Below are positions 27,829 through 40,314 of a stretch of DNA of 64,000 nt, in pieces (positions within the stretch are counted from its first letter, which is position 1; every line of letters starts with the position of its first letter). The DNA is from Mytilus californianus (Eukaryota): the NCBI RefSeq assembly GCF_021869535.1, contig NW_026262745.1, positions 32,736,001-32,800,000 on the forward strand. Reading direction: 5' to 3'. Below the pieces are notes generated by a model. It was not told the DNA's origin, ran no database searches, and worked only from the letters and a program-made list of their open reading frames with translations. The position numbers and the translations under genes are program-made.

Positions 27829-30800
27829 TCAACCTGTGAAGTAGTCCCTGTAAACAAAAAGAGAGCTATACAACTACCTTGAAATATATCAGAAGTGAAG
27901 CGTGGTTACCGGCTGTATTTGAAAAAGTAGTTCCTCTGTCAAATAGACTAGCAGACTTACATTATGCAATTGACAATAAACACAACAACTAATGGGAGCA
28001 GCAAAGCACACACCACCACATAAGCTATCCATATAAAGTCAGGTCTTTCATCTGAATAAATAAGGATGATATTTCTTACCTACAATACTTGTCGTAAGGA
28101 TGTAAAGCTTTGTTTTTATTGTTCTTATATTAAATGATCTACTGCCTCTAAACAATTATTTTGAATACAAAATAAAACCTGTGTGTTTATTGTTTATTTT
28201 TCTAAAAGTGTCTGTATTGTTGCTATACAAACTGTAAATGAACATGTAATGGTTTTAAACATGCAAAAAATACACTTTTTTGTTCTTACCAAGCATTAAA
28301 ATTAGTATGACCTCGCAGATGTCTTTTTTTATTTATCTCGTTTTTTTGCTGTCTCATAGTGATGTATATACCCCAACTCTGTTTTTATTTCTTAGATAGA
28401 TTCACTCAATTTCTAAAACATAAATTCATAGAAAGTTTTTCGGGTAAAATGGCAATTCTTTGTCAATCAAGATTGGAATGAAACACACCTCGACACGATC
28501 GAGGTTCGATCGTATTCCTATAACATATGACCTCGGGGGCATTAATGTCTACATTGTATTTCTATTCATTTCTGATATTTTCTTTTCACTTATTTTGCTA
28601 TTAAATTTTTTTATTGACTATATTTTTACTATCAATGTGCACCCCATTAAAAAATGAAAATATAAAAATGAAAACGTTAAAAATTGAATAAGAATGTGAA
28701 GTCATATGTTATAGGACTAATTTCAACTCTGTATTAATTGATTTAAATCTTAGATAACATTTTTTTCCCTTTGTTAATTTTATCAGATAAAACAGACCCA
28801 TCACGGGTGAAATAAGGTCTAAGTATAGTAAAGTAAAATTATCGCTTTTTTTCCCCCGTAAAAGAGGACATAAGAACGCAAACAAAACCTTATTTATTTT
28901 ACTATTCACAAAGGCATAACCTATAAATATGATATTGTATAGTATTGTTATGGCTTTTTTCATTTGAAACAGAATTTCAAAATGCAATATCACAGCCGTT
29001 ATTCTCTTCTCATCTCACATAGGAGTAACATGATTCTAGTTACGTGTTTTCATAGTTCACATGTATGAGAAAATACAGTATGTTGCATAGGAACCAATTA
29101 ACCCTGTAGATTTTCTTAATATTGAATAGTCAAATATTAATGTAACAGATGAATTAATCAATAAATTAATAATAAAACCTATAAAACATATTTGACAGTC
29201 TGTAGGAAATCATGCCTGTTATCTGTTCTTTGGTTGTATTCAGCGTTACTTCAAGTGGTGTGAGTGTTGCTTCATGTGTTGTATTCAGCGTTACTTCAAG
29301 TGTTGCTTCATGTGTTGTATTCAGCGTTACTTCAAGTGTTGTGAGTGTTGCTTCGTGTGTTGTATTCAGCGTTACTTCAAGTGTTGTGAGTGTTGCTTCA
29401 GTTATTGTGAGTGTTGTTTCAGACTGAATAACTGAAAAGAAAATAAACGGTTATGGAAAATATGAAAATATTTTTGAGAGAAGCTTATCAATTTAATTCT
29501 TATTAAGTCAGACATTCCTTTTATAATAAATGCATTTCAGAATGCAGTTACTCTTTTTTTTCTTTCTGTTTATAGAAAACTAGGAATACAAAAACTTTTG
29601 ATTTTTTGTTTCGTTAGCTTTTTAAGTAAACGATATCAACCTGTAAAAATATATAAAATTTCGCTTTTTTTAAAAATCATTTTAATTTTAATTCACTCTC
29701 GTAACCACATAAAAAATAATGTCCACAGAATGGATCCTACGCTAACCGTACATATCCAATGTCTTTTCTAAAACTTATTTAGAATAATCTATTATGTTAG
29801 ATACGGAAGAAGGATTTTTCGTTATAACAATCTGATGTTAACAAATTATTATATTAAAGTATTGAATGAAAATTGATTTAACTAGATATAAGAAGATGTG
29901 GTATGAGTGCCAATGCATTGTACGGAATAACTAAACAATATTTTCATCATTGTACAACAGCTCCATGTGTTTTTAGAGCTCATAAGTTTTTTTAGCCTGA
30001 TAAACACCAGTAAACAAAACAGTACTGTTTTTTTCAGGCATTTGTTTGATTGATTGATTGGTGATTGTTGTTTGCACAACTTTCAATGGCAACTGTTTCA
30101 TGCCTATTCAGGACTAGAACAAATTAACACTAAGAACAATAAAAAGGTATACAGGGATATAAGGTCTGAAATTTGGAATTTGATGGATATGGACAGAAAT
30201 TGTACCTTACAGCATGCAATCTACGGCCCCTAGCCAGTTTTCGCAAAGGTTCTTCGACGTAGAGAAAGCGTGCGTGGCACTCATCCTTTACGTGGCATCG
30301 GCTTTAACGTCCTCATTTCGAACAGACGTGGCTGCGTATTTATACATCCCAAACAATTAAACGGACGCCCCACTTTAGCAAAGATTTTACTGCCGGACGG
30401 GCGAATCCAGGAATGACCATATTTCTACACCCCAATCACCCCTAAGGGTTTGTGACATAGTAATAATTATGTGGTGCTTTGTGTCGTTTGGTTGCTGTAT
30501 CATTGTTGAATACACCAAATCTATTATTTTTCATATATAGAATATAAACGTATTCACATTAATGTAAATAAATCCAAAATTATTTCAAATAAGTTTGATG
30601 TGAGATATGTATTAGACTTAAGTTTGATTGGTTGATTGGTGTTTAACGCCACTTTCAGCAGTGTTGGCTATATAGTGGCGTTTTTACTGGTGAAGGAAGC
30701 CAGAGCAAATGATTTTTCTATGTATCCGTCTATTATATTTTAATAAATAAACGCATTCAGAAGGTTAATTTTCTGTATTAAGTCAATCATTTTGTTGACT

Positions 30801-32218
30801 TTTGAAGCCCAAACTTTCTATTGCTTTAAATGCGCTAATGAGAGATGGAAAAACGATGCCAATACAGACATATAGGTTTTTGAACTTCTAACAAAAAGTT
30901 TGGGTGATGAGTGTTTTGTAGTATTAACAAGAAATTGCATTTTCTCCCTACCTCTCATTTTACCCCTTAACACTTAATTTGATATGGACTGTTTATTGTT
31001 GTTAAATCTTACGCATTTCTATTTGATGAAGTTATAATTACTTCACCATTTATCTGTTTACCTGTTCAAATTTGTCCTGTGTGTATTCTGTGAGCACGCA
31101 AAATTTTATTACGTAACAATAATTATTGTTTATGAAGACAAGGACATTAAAGGCGTCAAGGATGGCAACTCTAGATCCGAAATGTGGCCTTATTTACACC
31201 ACAAATACACTCTGAGTGCAGGCGAACCTGTGCACCTTGAAAAGTTTTAATGCATGACAGGAACTAGATAATTAAATTCTAAATGCATTTAATGTTTTGG
31301 TAAACTATAAACTTCACTTGCTTTTGAGATTCCTTTTTTTTTGTTCCCACAGAAGGTGTCAAAATAAACTAAGTTTGGAATGAAACTCATGTGTTTGTTT
31401 AATTTATCACCGTCTGTAGGCTTAAAAAAAGGAATGTCAAATTCTATGTAAGTGTTTAATTTTCTGAATCATAAAATGCATTCAGATTTTTTTAACCTAT
31501 TTCCTGCCATTCCTTTAAACTTTTCCAGGTACACAGGTTAGTCTGCACTCTGTTGTGGAGTAAACAAGGAGATATTTTACAATTCCTTCTGATGAACCTT
31601 TTTTGTTAGATAGATTAGATAAACAGTAAACAAGCCATTTTTTAAATCGTGAAGATTATATATAAAAGAATTACTCCCATAAAATTGCTACACAAATATA
31701 GAGCATACTAATGTAAAGAAGATATTTCAAATGTTTTTTTTTTACAAAAATCTGGGTGCTTGTGTTTATCTTAATAAAAAATAGGTATCTTCCTGAAGGA
31801 TTGAAATTTCCAAGAAACCAAAGTTTTGATTAGAATCTAAAATTTCGACCCCATTTATCTCTAAAAGTAGCACAAGAAGAAATATTTTCTATTACATACT
31901 GTATTTGAATTGACTCTGTGAAAAATAGAGTGTACGCAATTTTTCGTTAAAAAAATCACCGTGAGATGAAAACTGTATCGTATGCCCTTAATGAAAGTTA
32001 AGTTTGACGTATGATGTTATGGAAATTAGCTTTGACGTAGAATATTTGACGTAAGATAACAATGGAAGTTAAGTTTGAAATAAGATTTTAATGGAACTTA
32101 AATTTTACGTAAGATATTAATTGAACGTACCTGTTGTATCTCCATAGCAATTTATTATAAACGTAGATGAAAGTAATGTCAGGGAAAAGGGCATATAAAC
32201 TAAATCCATAGTCATCAT
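27829..32218 (-). CDS. Small type-I membrane mucin-like protein, array copy 2 (137 aa); exons 32218-32131, 29431-29216, 28051-27961, 27847-27829
   Basis: Phases 1,1,2, 414 nt total. MMTMDLVYMPFSLTLLSSTFIINCYGDTT-VIQSETTLTIT(EATLTTLEVTLNTTH-type repeats)...KEQIT-DERPDFIWIAYVVVCALLLPLVVVFIVNCI-MDYFTG*. Signal, TM and tail exons have the same lengths as copy 1 (88, 91, 19 nt). The stalk exon needs a GC donor (CAG|gcatga). Confidence 0.72.
29225..29420 (-). repeat. Coding 45/36-bp tandem repeat in the copy 2 stalk exon (EATLTTLEVTLNTTH)
   Basis: About 4 units, all of length divisible by 3, Thr-rich on the minus strand, with four N-T-T sequons. Confidence 0.85.
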
Positions 32219-33899
32219 ATTAGAGCCATAACTGATTGACAAAATTATAACTTCCTTTTCAAATAAAATTCTAGATACATTCTTTTCGTTGTTTCCAATA
32301 AATGAAGTCTCATTACGAGGAAAATTTCTAAAAAATTATAATATGAAATACCAAACGGTTTAACGCAATGAATATGGATAAGATGACAAAACCGTATATG
32401 TTACAATATGAATGTACCATAGAATTTAAATCTTTCTTCTATTGTTCGAACGGTGAATTATCTAAAGCAAAATCAAACTTAATATATAAATGCTGACCTT
32501 TTGGCATTTATTTTCTATTTACTTTTATCCCTTCAAGGTGATTTAAATAACAATTTAACATATTATAGTGGTGAAAAACTCCTAATAAGTGCATTTGCAT
32601 TATTCACGTATCTGGCAACATGCACGGATCGACGTATACATATCGGGCAGATTTGTATAAAATAATGATTTAGCCCCTACCTCAATTAAAACAAAATTAA
32701 AATTAAATGCATTATAAAATATCTTCATCGGGACCAACTTGACTTAATTTGTTCATATAATAAGAAGTCTGTTTGTTTGGTCATTTACTTTCAATAAATA
32801 TTCAACTTGTTTCACTTTTATTTGTTCAAGGTTTTAATTGGCTAAATATTATTCCTTCAAGGTTAAACATTTGATTGCAACCAAAATACGTTTGATAGCT
32901 TTTAATTTGTTATAACCACTCACGTTCGAACCAATAATTGGGTCTTCTGCATATTCATACTATGAAATATCAACAGAGAGTCACAATATGAAGAATTTTG
33001 TCGAGTGAGGGCAGCGAAGTTCTTCTGTACTAACATGAAAATACGGAAATTGTTGTATTGAAACTCACTGTTATGGATCTTAAAAAAATGCTTAAAATTA
33101 AGAAATGTATCTCTCTCACACATAGCTTTTATTCCTTGACCGGGTTATGCTAAAATAATTTATCATTTTAGCTATATAGGTTGTATCAGCATTTCAAAAG
33201 TTTGAATTAGGTTTTCGATTTTCCAATATTATGGCCTCGAGCACCGTTTGTGCACGCGCCAGATATGAAATATATACCTAAGTAATGTAAATCAATTATG
33301 TACAGCACATACATATGAAAGAAAACAAATAGATAAATATATTGTTTGTTTTATATGGCATGTATACCAGGGACTCGGTTTCATACTAATATTGTTCTGG
33401 GCTGCAAATTTTGGGCTAAATTTATAATGGGAAAAATGGGTTGACACCCATTATTCCTTTAAATAATATCATAATCTCAATATGAAAATGATTTTTTAAT
33501 ACAAGAAGCAAATGGAAGAACAATCTTTATTCATTTGGCTCCTGAGTTATGAAGATAAAAAATGTTTTACATGTTCGACAACCTGCGAGATTTATAACAG
33601 TAGACAACAAATCCAGAGAAGTTGGTTGCGTCTCAAACACGCTCACTTAACTGAAATTACGAGACATTTAGACAAGACGCTCAAGTCAGAAGCTAATATT
33701 TCTGTCGAGGTGGTCGAGGGGCTGGTTTCTCAGTGCTATAGAACCAGACAATTTAAAAAAAAAAGCTCGTCCAAAAAGAACAATAAATTGCTGCCAAGGG
33801 ATTTAACAATTATCAGTCAAGAAATGTTGTGAAAAAACATGCAATCTAATTAAAATTAAATCCTTGAATTGCTCTTGTTCTGATATGTCGCGCATCAAG

Positions 33900-34178
33900 A
33901 TTTAATTTTAATAAGATTGAAAAACATGGAGATCAAGAATTACACAAAGTGTTTTGAGATCTGGACGAGCAAAATACCACAATATTCTGACTCATTTTTC
34001 GTAAAAACAGTATTCGAGTGGAGCTACCTTGAAGAAACTGTAGTGCACACACCGAGCGTTGACAGTCAGCCGTTCAGAAACTGCTCTCGTGCACCGTCAA
34101 TACATCGACGGCGCTCTCTCTATCGTTGTATTAAAGCCAGTATTGGTATCCACAACGTATTCCTACAGATACAGATCT
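33900..34178 (+). mobile_element. LINE (CR1/L2-like) 3' end fragment
   Basis: YSDSFFVKTVFEWSYLEETVVHTPSVDS resembles the SFFxRTxxxWNxL ORF2 terminus. It ends in a tacagatacagat tail. Confidence 0.65.
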
Positions 34179-34896
34179 AGAATGATCATGGTACTAGATC
34201 GAAATATACTAGGAGGTGTCCCCTCTGCATGGATATTTTGTTAATGACCATGATCGTAAAACTTTGAAACTGTTTTTTTTTACTACAGGAGTCACCTACA
34301 CCTACTTTTAACCATAGTGACGCCCTACCCCTTTGACTTGTCAGAGAGAAGATCTCGCCATCTCGCTATTTGCATGACAGAAGCAATTATCTCCAATTTG
34401 CTTCCACTAATTTTATTTCTCCATGACAATATTTGCACATTATTTGGGGTTGGCCCGAGAGGTATGTCTTGGGTCATTTTTAGAGTAAAATGGAAGCCTG
34501 GGATCCTGGCTGACTGCTCGACAGAAGAGCAAGGCGGAATACAACATAGTTTGGCAATTGGATATTAGGATTATATTGTTATAAATTCATTGCAAATTAT
34601 TTTTAATTTTATTTGACATGCAAATTTCAAAAAAATAGATTTAATGATTAACATCGTGAATCATTTCGGTTAATTAACGATCCGATCGACAACATATTAG
34701 ATTTGGTAAAGTTGCCGGGCTATAAGGCGGTGTGGCACTGGGTGGGTTCATATATATCTGGAGTACTGGGTAATAAGCAGCTGTTGGGATCGAGGAAATC
34801 GGGAATATTTTGGTCTTTTCTGGTTGTAAATTTTTATAGAACGGAAATTTGGTAGCGGAATTTTTTAAGCTTCTTGACCAGAAAAATTCAGTAGGC

Positions 34897-35077
34897 ATGT
34901 ATATTAATATATATTATCCGTCTAAACATCAGCCTAACAATGTTAGATCTGTAAATTTGCGTTAGCAAATTTTTTGTTCTTACCTCGCCGGGATTCGAAC
35001 TCATGCTACTGAGATATCGTGGCACCAAATCGCATTGCACTGCGACCGACGCTCTAGACCACTCGACCACCTAAGCT
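34897..35077 (-). mobile_element. tRNA-derived SINE
   Basis: Minus strand has A-box GGTGGTCGAGTGG and B-box GAGTTCGAATCCC followed by a non-tRNA body, with no acceptor stem closure. Confidence 0.7.
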
Positions 35078-35699
35078 ATGTCAGCCCTTTCCCCTCCTGT
35101 CAGAATAAAATGGTCCGATAATAGCATTTAAGGATTAATAGAAATCATTTATTACTAGTAGTTGGGTTTTCCAGTAATGATGTAGCCTTTTATAGCCGAC
35201 TATATGGTATTAGGTTTTCTCATTGTTGAAGGCCGTAAGTTGCCTATACTTGCTTACATCGACTTTATTTGAACTTCGCTTTGGTGGATAGTTGTCTCAT
35301 TGGCAATCATACGCTTTATTACACATCTCCTTGTTTTATTTACCTGAATAATCTAGTCGTTATATTCCGCTAACCAACGACTATTTCATTAACCTCGCAT
35401 GCAATTAGGAGAGATCGATTACGTGGAGGGACTGGACTATTCGGGATGTATTTTTACATAGTTTCGGTTCTCGAACGAAACACCACATTAGAAAACAAAA
35501 TAAAACTGGGATCCTGTAAACATGCAATTGTTTTGTTTTGCTTTCATTTAGACGCATTTGCTGTACTTAATTGATTTAAATTACTTACATTGTAGGTATA
35601 CATTCCATATGGAGGTGCTCCTACTTACAGGAGGCTTATACACCGAAGGAGAAACCGAGCGTCATCCGTCGTCATGATGATCGTTAGCATAATACAACG

Positions 35700-35945
35700 A
35701 TGACTTTTCACACATCGACATTTCACACATTAACATTTAACGAATCGACATGTTACAAGTTACAAAACATCAATATACAAATTGACAATTTACGAATTAA
35801 GAATTTTGAAATAACAAAGATACAAGTTACAAATTGACAATTTACGAATTAAGAGTTTTGAAATTACAAAGATACAGGTTACAAATTGACAACTTACACA
35901 TTGGTAACTTACACATTGACAATTTACGCATTAAGAATTTTGACC
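35700..35945. repeat. Short minisatellite (acaaattgacaatttacgaattaagaattttgaaataacaaagatacaagtt-like, about 3 units plus partial units)
   Basis: Direct repeats visible at about 35778, 35830 and 35881. Confidence 0.75.
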
Positions 35946-35959
35946 CCTTTGGCTTTCCA

Positions 35960-38879
35960 TAGATATTTAGATAGCGCTTTTACATTTGGCATCCATCGTC
36001 TCCGTTTAAATCAGTTCACAAACTAGAACAAGCTGTGGTCCGCACCCCCAAATCTCCAGCAGAATTGCTCCTGCTAAATTTTGGTCCCGCGAGGCGGATG
36101 TGGAGTTTTAAAGCAACTTTTCTGGTTTGTAATTGAACTAAATTATTTTGGGGAAAATTTATAAGAAATGGAGCGGACATTTGAGTCAATGCTTGATGTA
36201 ATTGGATATGAAAGTCCTAAGCATACCAGTTTTGAAGAGTTGGGAGGATAGTTGTTCCTGGAGTATTTTATTTTCATATAGTTTGGTTCATGTAAATGTG
36301 TATTCAGTTATGATTAGGTTCGAAGAAAAACCTTGTTTGTTTGATGGTGTCAGCATTGATATCACCGATTACTTTGTTCATTTTGAGACAGTTTCTCTTT
36401 GGAATAAGTGGAATGAATTTGAGATGGCATGTCAGTTAATAATGAATTTGAGAGGTGATGCTCAAATTATTTTACGTTTCTTAAAAAGGCCACAGTTGTA
36501 TGATTATGACTGCTTGAAAAATGTTCTCATTCAGAGGTTCAATCCTTATAAGGAGAGGGTGGCATATTTTAAATTTCAACTGCGAGTTTGTAGTTTGAAA
36601 AAATATGAAAAAAAATCTGAATTTGGTCAGCGTTTTAAGATACTAGCTCACAAGGCTTATCCTGATAATTTTTCAGATTTAGATGTGTATTTTACTGACT
36701 TATTTACATCATGTTTGAATATTGAGATGGCTACATTTGTCACGTTTAAGCGCCCTTGTAGTTTAGATGAGGCTTTATCACTGGCTATTGAATATGAAGC
36801 TGTTCATTTTTCTGGTGATCCAGAGACTAATGATAAGGCAGAAAGATCAGATTTGGTTTATACTGTTCATAACAGTCTTGACATTTTGGTAAATGTTTTG
36901 AAGAGACGGGTTAAATCACGCAGGAAACGTAAACCTAAGAAGTGTTTTAAATGTCATGAGTCAGGTCATGTCAGGTCTAAGTGTCCAAATATGTCTTATC
37001 AAAGTTCACGCTATAGTTGAAAAGTCTGCAGACAATCAGATTAAATTTTCAAATGGTATATTAAAGAACGATTTGAATCACAATTTTTGTAGTTCAGATT
37101 GTGTTACCTTTGTTTAATGTTTGTTTTTGTATTGTGTTATATTTATATAATTTACTTCAGTTTTATTTCAATGTACTCATGAGATGTCACACACCTCAGT
37201 TTGGCTGTTTGGTTTTCCCTTTGCCGTGCATCTATCCTAGTTATATTATTTTTCATTTATAATACTTATTTTGTGGCTGTTCTTTTGTGTGTAGTTTGAA
37301 GTGTAGACCGTTAGCTAGTTCTATTAGGAATTGGTTTGTTTATCAGTTGTTGCTAATTTGTCTGGATTGTAATCTCTAGCTAAATATTTAGTATTTAAAG
37401 TTTATGGAAATCCGTCTTCTTGACTTTTTCAAGGCAGAAACCAATAGAGTGAAAGATAAGCTTCAAGTAAGAACACTTCTAGCTCATACAGATGGACCCG
37501 ATCCATTATTCAGTAACTTTTGCAAAGAAAGTTGGGCATTGTCCAACTTTATTTTGAGAACCTTGCATACAAATGGACCCGATCCATCTCCGGTGGTACA
37601 CCATTTGTGCTACCGTAATCAACAACGCTGTAATGTAGTAATAGGACCAGGTGGTACACGTCAAATGTGCCACTGTGAGATCAACAGTGGTGGAAGTTAC
37701 CTCGTACATCTTAAATTACAAGACTAGATCTGCTGTGCAGATCAAAAACAGTATATTTGGTTCAGCCGTATGGTGCTTTCTATCTGTGGCACGTCTGTAT
37801 TACCGTTATCAACATGCCGTTACCATATATGCCGTACCACTGAATATAAAGACTACTTACCCAGAAGACTTAAATTCGCGTCCGTTAACAAATGAACATG
37901 ATTCTGATGTGTGTTTGTGTATCTGTTACACAGTGACATTTATTTAAAAGTTAAATTTTTACATGTGTTTGAAAGATATTTAATCTGATGAACGTTGATA
38001 GATTTTTGTTAAATTTAATTGTCAAATGTTATTTCATATACATTTGTTTTCGTTAAGGAGGAGGAGTGTAGCAGATTGGAGTTGTGGTATCCTTTGAACA
38101 GTAACTTTATTTAACTTTACTGATATATATTTGTTTGGATGTTTAATCATTACTAATTATTCATACTTATTTTATATGACATTTGCATTTTGTGTGTTTA
38201 TTGTTGCAGTTACACAAATTTGATAGACATTTAAGTTTGCAGACTATATTTATGAAATTTATCGTTTGTCTTTAGGGGGGGGGGGATGTGGCAGACAGGA
38301 TTATTATGTAATTGTTATGTCCCTTTTTTAAACTCCAAATTTCATATTTCTTTATCTAATAATTTACATGAAGCTTATTCAGTACCTATTTGTTGTTAAA
38401 TTGAATAGATGTTGGTATTTTGAATTCATTAAAGGTTAAAGGTTAAAGGTATTTATTTATATTCTAAAGTTTAGTATTTGCATCGTCACAAATCATTTAT
38501 AACCTTCTTTGAAAAACTTACACATTTATATAACTGGTTTGGAATTATTATGTTGAATTGTCTGAGGACTGATGTTCAGTTCAACCTAGGAAAGCTGTGC
38601 ATTTCGCCCTTTAAGGTTGGTGCATCTGCCATATGCCTTCCTAATACCGGTAATATTGAAGTCATTGAATGCTCCATTTCTTTACTTTGGATTTCATGAT
38701 AAAAGTTGTACTTATTGAATAAATCATTTAGTGTTTTCATTGTTTTTAGTTTCATTTGCGTAGATATTTAGATAGCGCTTTTACATTTGGCATCCATCGT
38801 CTCCGTTTAAATCAGTTCACAAACTAGAACAAGCTGTGGTCCGCATACCCGAATCTCCAGCAGAATTGCTCCTGTTACA
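35960..38879 (+). mobile_element. Non-autonomous gag-only Ty3/Gypsy-type LTR element; 3' LTR 38287-38879, truncated 5' LTR 35960-36078
   Basis: 119-bp direct repeat (5 mismatches). PBS tggtcccgcgaggcgg at 36082, 13/16 match to the complement of the tRNA-Tyr 3' end. Poly-G PPT directly before TGTGGC. 3' LTR ends ...GTTACA. No pol motifs recognised in 37020-38280. Confidence 0.85.
36168..37020 (+). CDS. Retrotransposon Gag with C-terminal CCHC zinc knuckle; 5' part frameshifted (open frame 36202-37020)
   Basis: KPCLFDG...DYFVHFETV...QLIMNLRGDA...AHKAYP...SLDEALSLAIEYE...CFKCHESGHVRSKC. The ATG at 36168 is in another frame with stops. Confidence 0.8.
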
Positions 38880-39146
38880 GTTGTAAGGGTGATTCAGCGT
38901 GCTATCTTCCAACACGAGCCATCGAATAAATTCGTCCTTATTTCGACTGGACAAATGGGTCTTACTAGCGACAAGAAGTCCAAATGTCCATATATCATTA
39001 CCACAGGCAATCATTGGAGTACATAAATTTTTGCAAAGCATACCAAAAATCACGAATGATTATGGCATGCTCCACAATTCAAATATATCTCTATGGTTTA
39101 AGATTTCTCCCCTTTTCTCGTTAATGATGTGTCATCCGAGTACGAT

Positions 39147-39549
39147 TCTATACTACTAAAATAACGAGGTCCAATTTGTTAACCGGCATGACGTAAAAAC
39201 GACAAATCAAAGAATTCAACTTTATATTTAACTAATATAGGACAATGGTGTTGATAAAAAATTACACCATTCCAGACCCCTTTGTTTTCCATATAATTAA
39301 TATTACCAGTAATTTACAAGTTCCGGGTCGAATCCGATATCAATTGTATATTTCACATGTAGTTTCTGGTTGAAGTAAGAAAACAGGACGGGTTCAAACA
39401 GAAAGATTTTGAAAGCAGAGAAAACTGTGCACCTTATAAGCAGAATGACTTTGTCAGATGACAAGACGAATACTAAAAATCTAGGCTAAAAATAAGGTGT
39501 AGGTACTTTAATTCAGTCACGGACCCGCGATGTCGCGGGTGTGTTCTCG
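39147..39549 (+). mobile_element. Non-autonomous Helitron-type element
   Basis: 5' TC start (tctatactactaaaa), perfect 8-bp hairpin acccgcga-tg-tcgcgggt at 39523-39540, and a CTCG (degenerate CTRR) end a few nt later. Confidence 0.7.
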
Positions 39550-40314
39550 TAGTACCTGAATATTAACTAACAATGGATCACTACGATGTTTTATAATGTA
39601 AAGGCAACAAAGAGTTAAAGACATTCAGTTTTTAAGAGATGCAGCATAGTGTGTAGTCATTCTGAACAAGTCTTGTCTATCATGATACCATCTTAAGTTT
39701 GATTTATTTTGAGGTGTAATTTTTCAAGAGAAATGTATATATAGCTAAGGCAAATTTATAGATCTAACATTGTTGGGCTAATTTAAGACAAATTATATAT
39801 TGTTGTTGATATATTAATAACTTTTGATTATTAGGACAGTTTATATTTTGAATTAAGAAATGTACAAAGAGGTAAATAGAAATAAATAGATTTCAAAGTA
39901 ATAGACCAGAGCTCACGGTTGATTCATACCCTGATTCCTCTTATTGCATTTAAGTTGCAAAATCCATGTTTTGCAATCGGAAAGCCTAAAGATAAAGAAT
40001 AGTAGTGTTTTGGGAAGAATTTTTTCAATAAAATGACATGGTAAACACTTGTATTCTTTAAGTTCTCTTTTACGGACCTTCAAGTCTTAGGTTTTATTTG
40101 GACTTTTTCAAACTGTCACAAATCCGAATTTAGAACATAGTTCTATCTTAAAGTCAAATAATTGTAATTGATCGAATTTTGTTTTGTAAATATATTCCAT
40201 TATACTTTTAACAAAACAACAAAATGAAGATGAGAACAATAATCTACCACCAATCGAAATTTCACAAAGTTCTTTGATATGAACATCCTGATGAACGTAT
40301 GATATGTTTTTTCT

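Noticed and set aside
29212-29427. Plus-strand ORF with VVFSVTSS repeats
   Set aside because: Antisense shadow of the Thr-rich stalk exon; the splice signals are on the minus strand.
34990-35077. Possible tRNA gene
   Set aside because: A and B boxes are present, but it continues into a SINE body with no acceptor stem.
37404-37947. ORFs in the LTR element interior as pol or env
   Set aside because: No protease, RT, RNase H, integrase or TM motifs recognised.
38817-39159. Short ORFs next to the 3' LTR
   Set aside because: No splice context or recognisable motifs, and they partly overlap the LTR.
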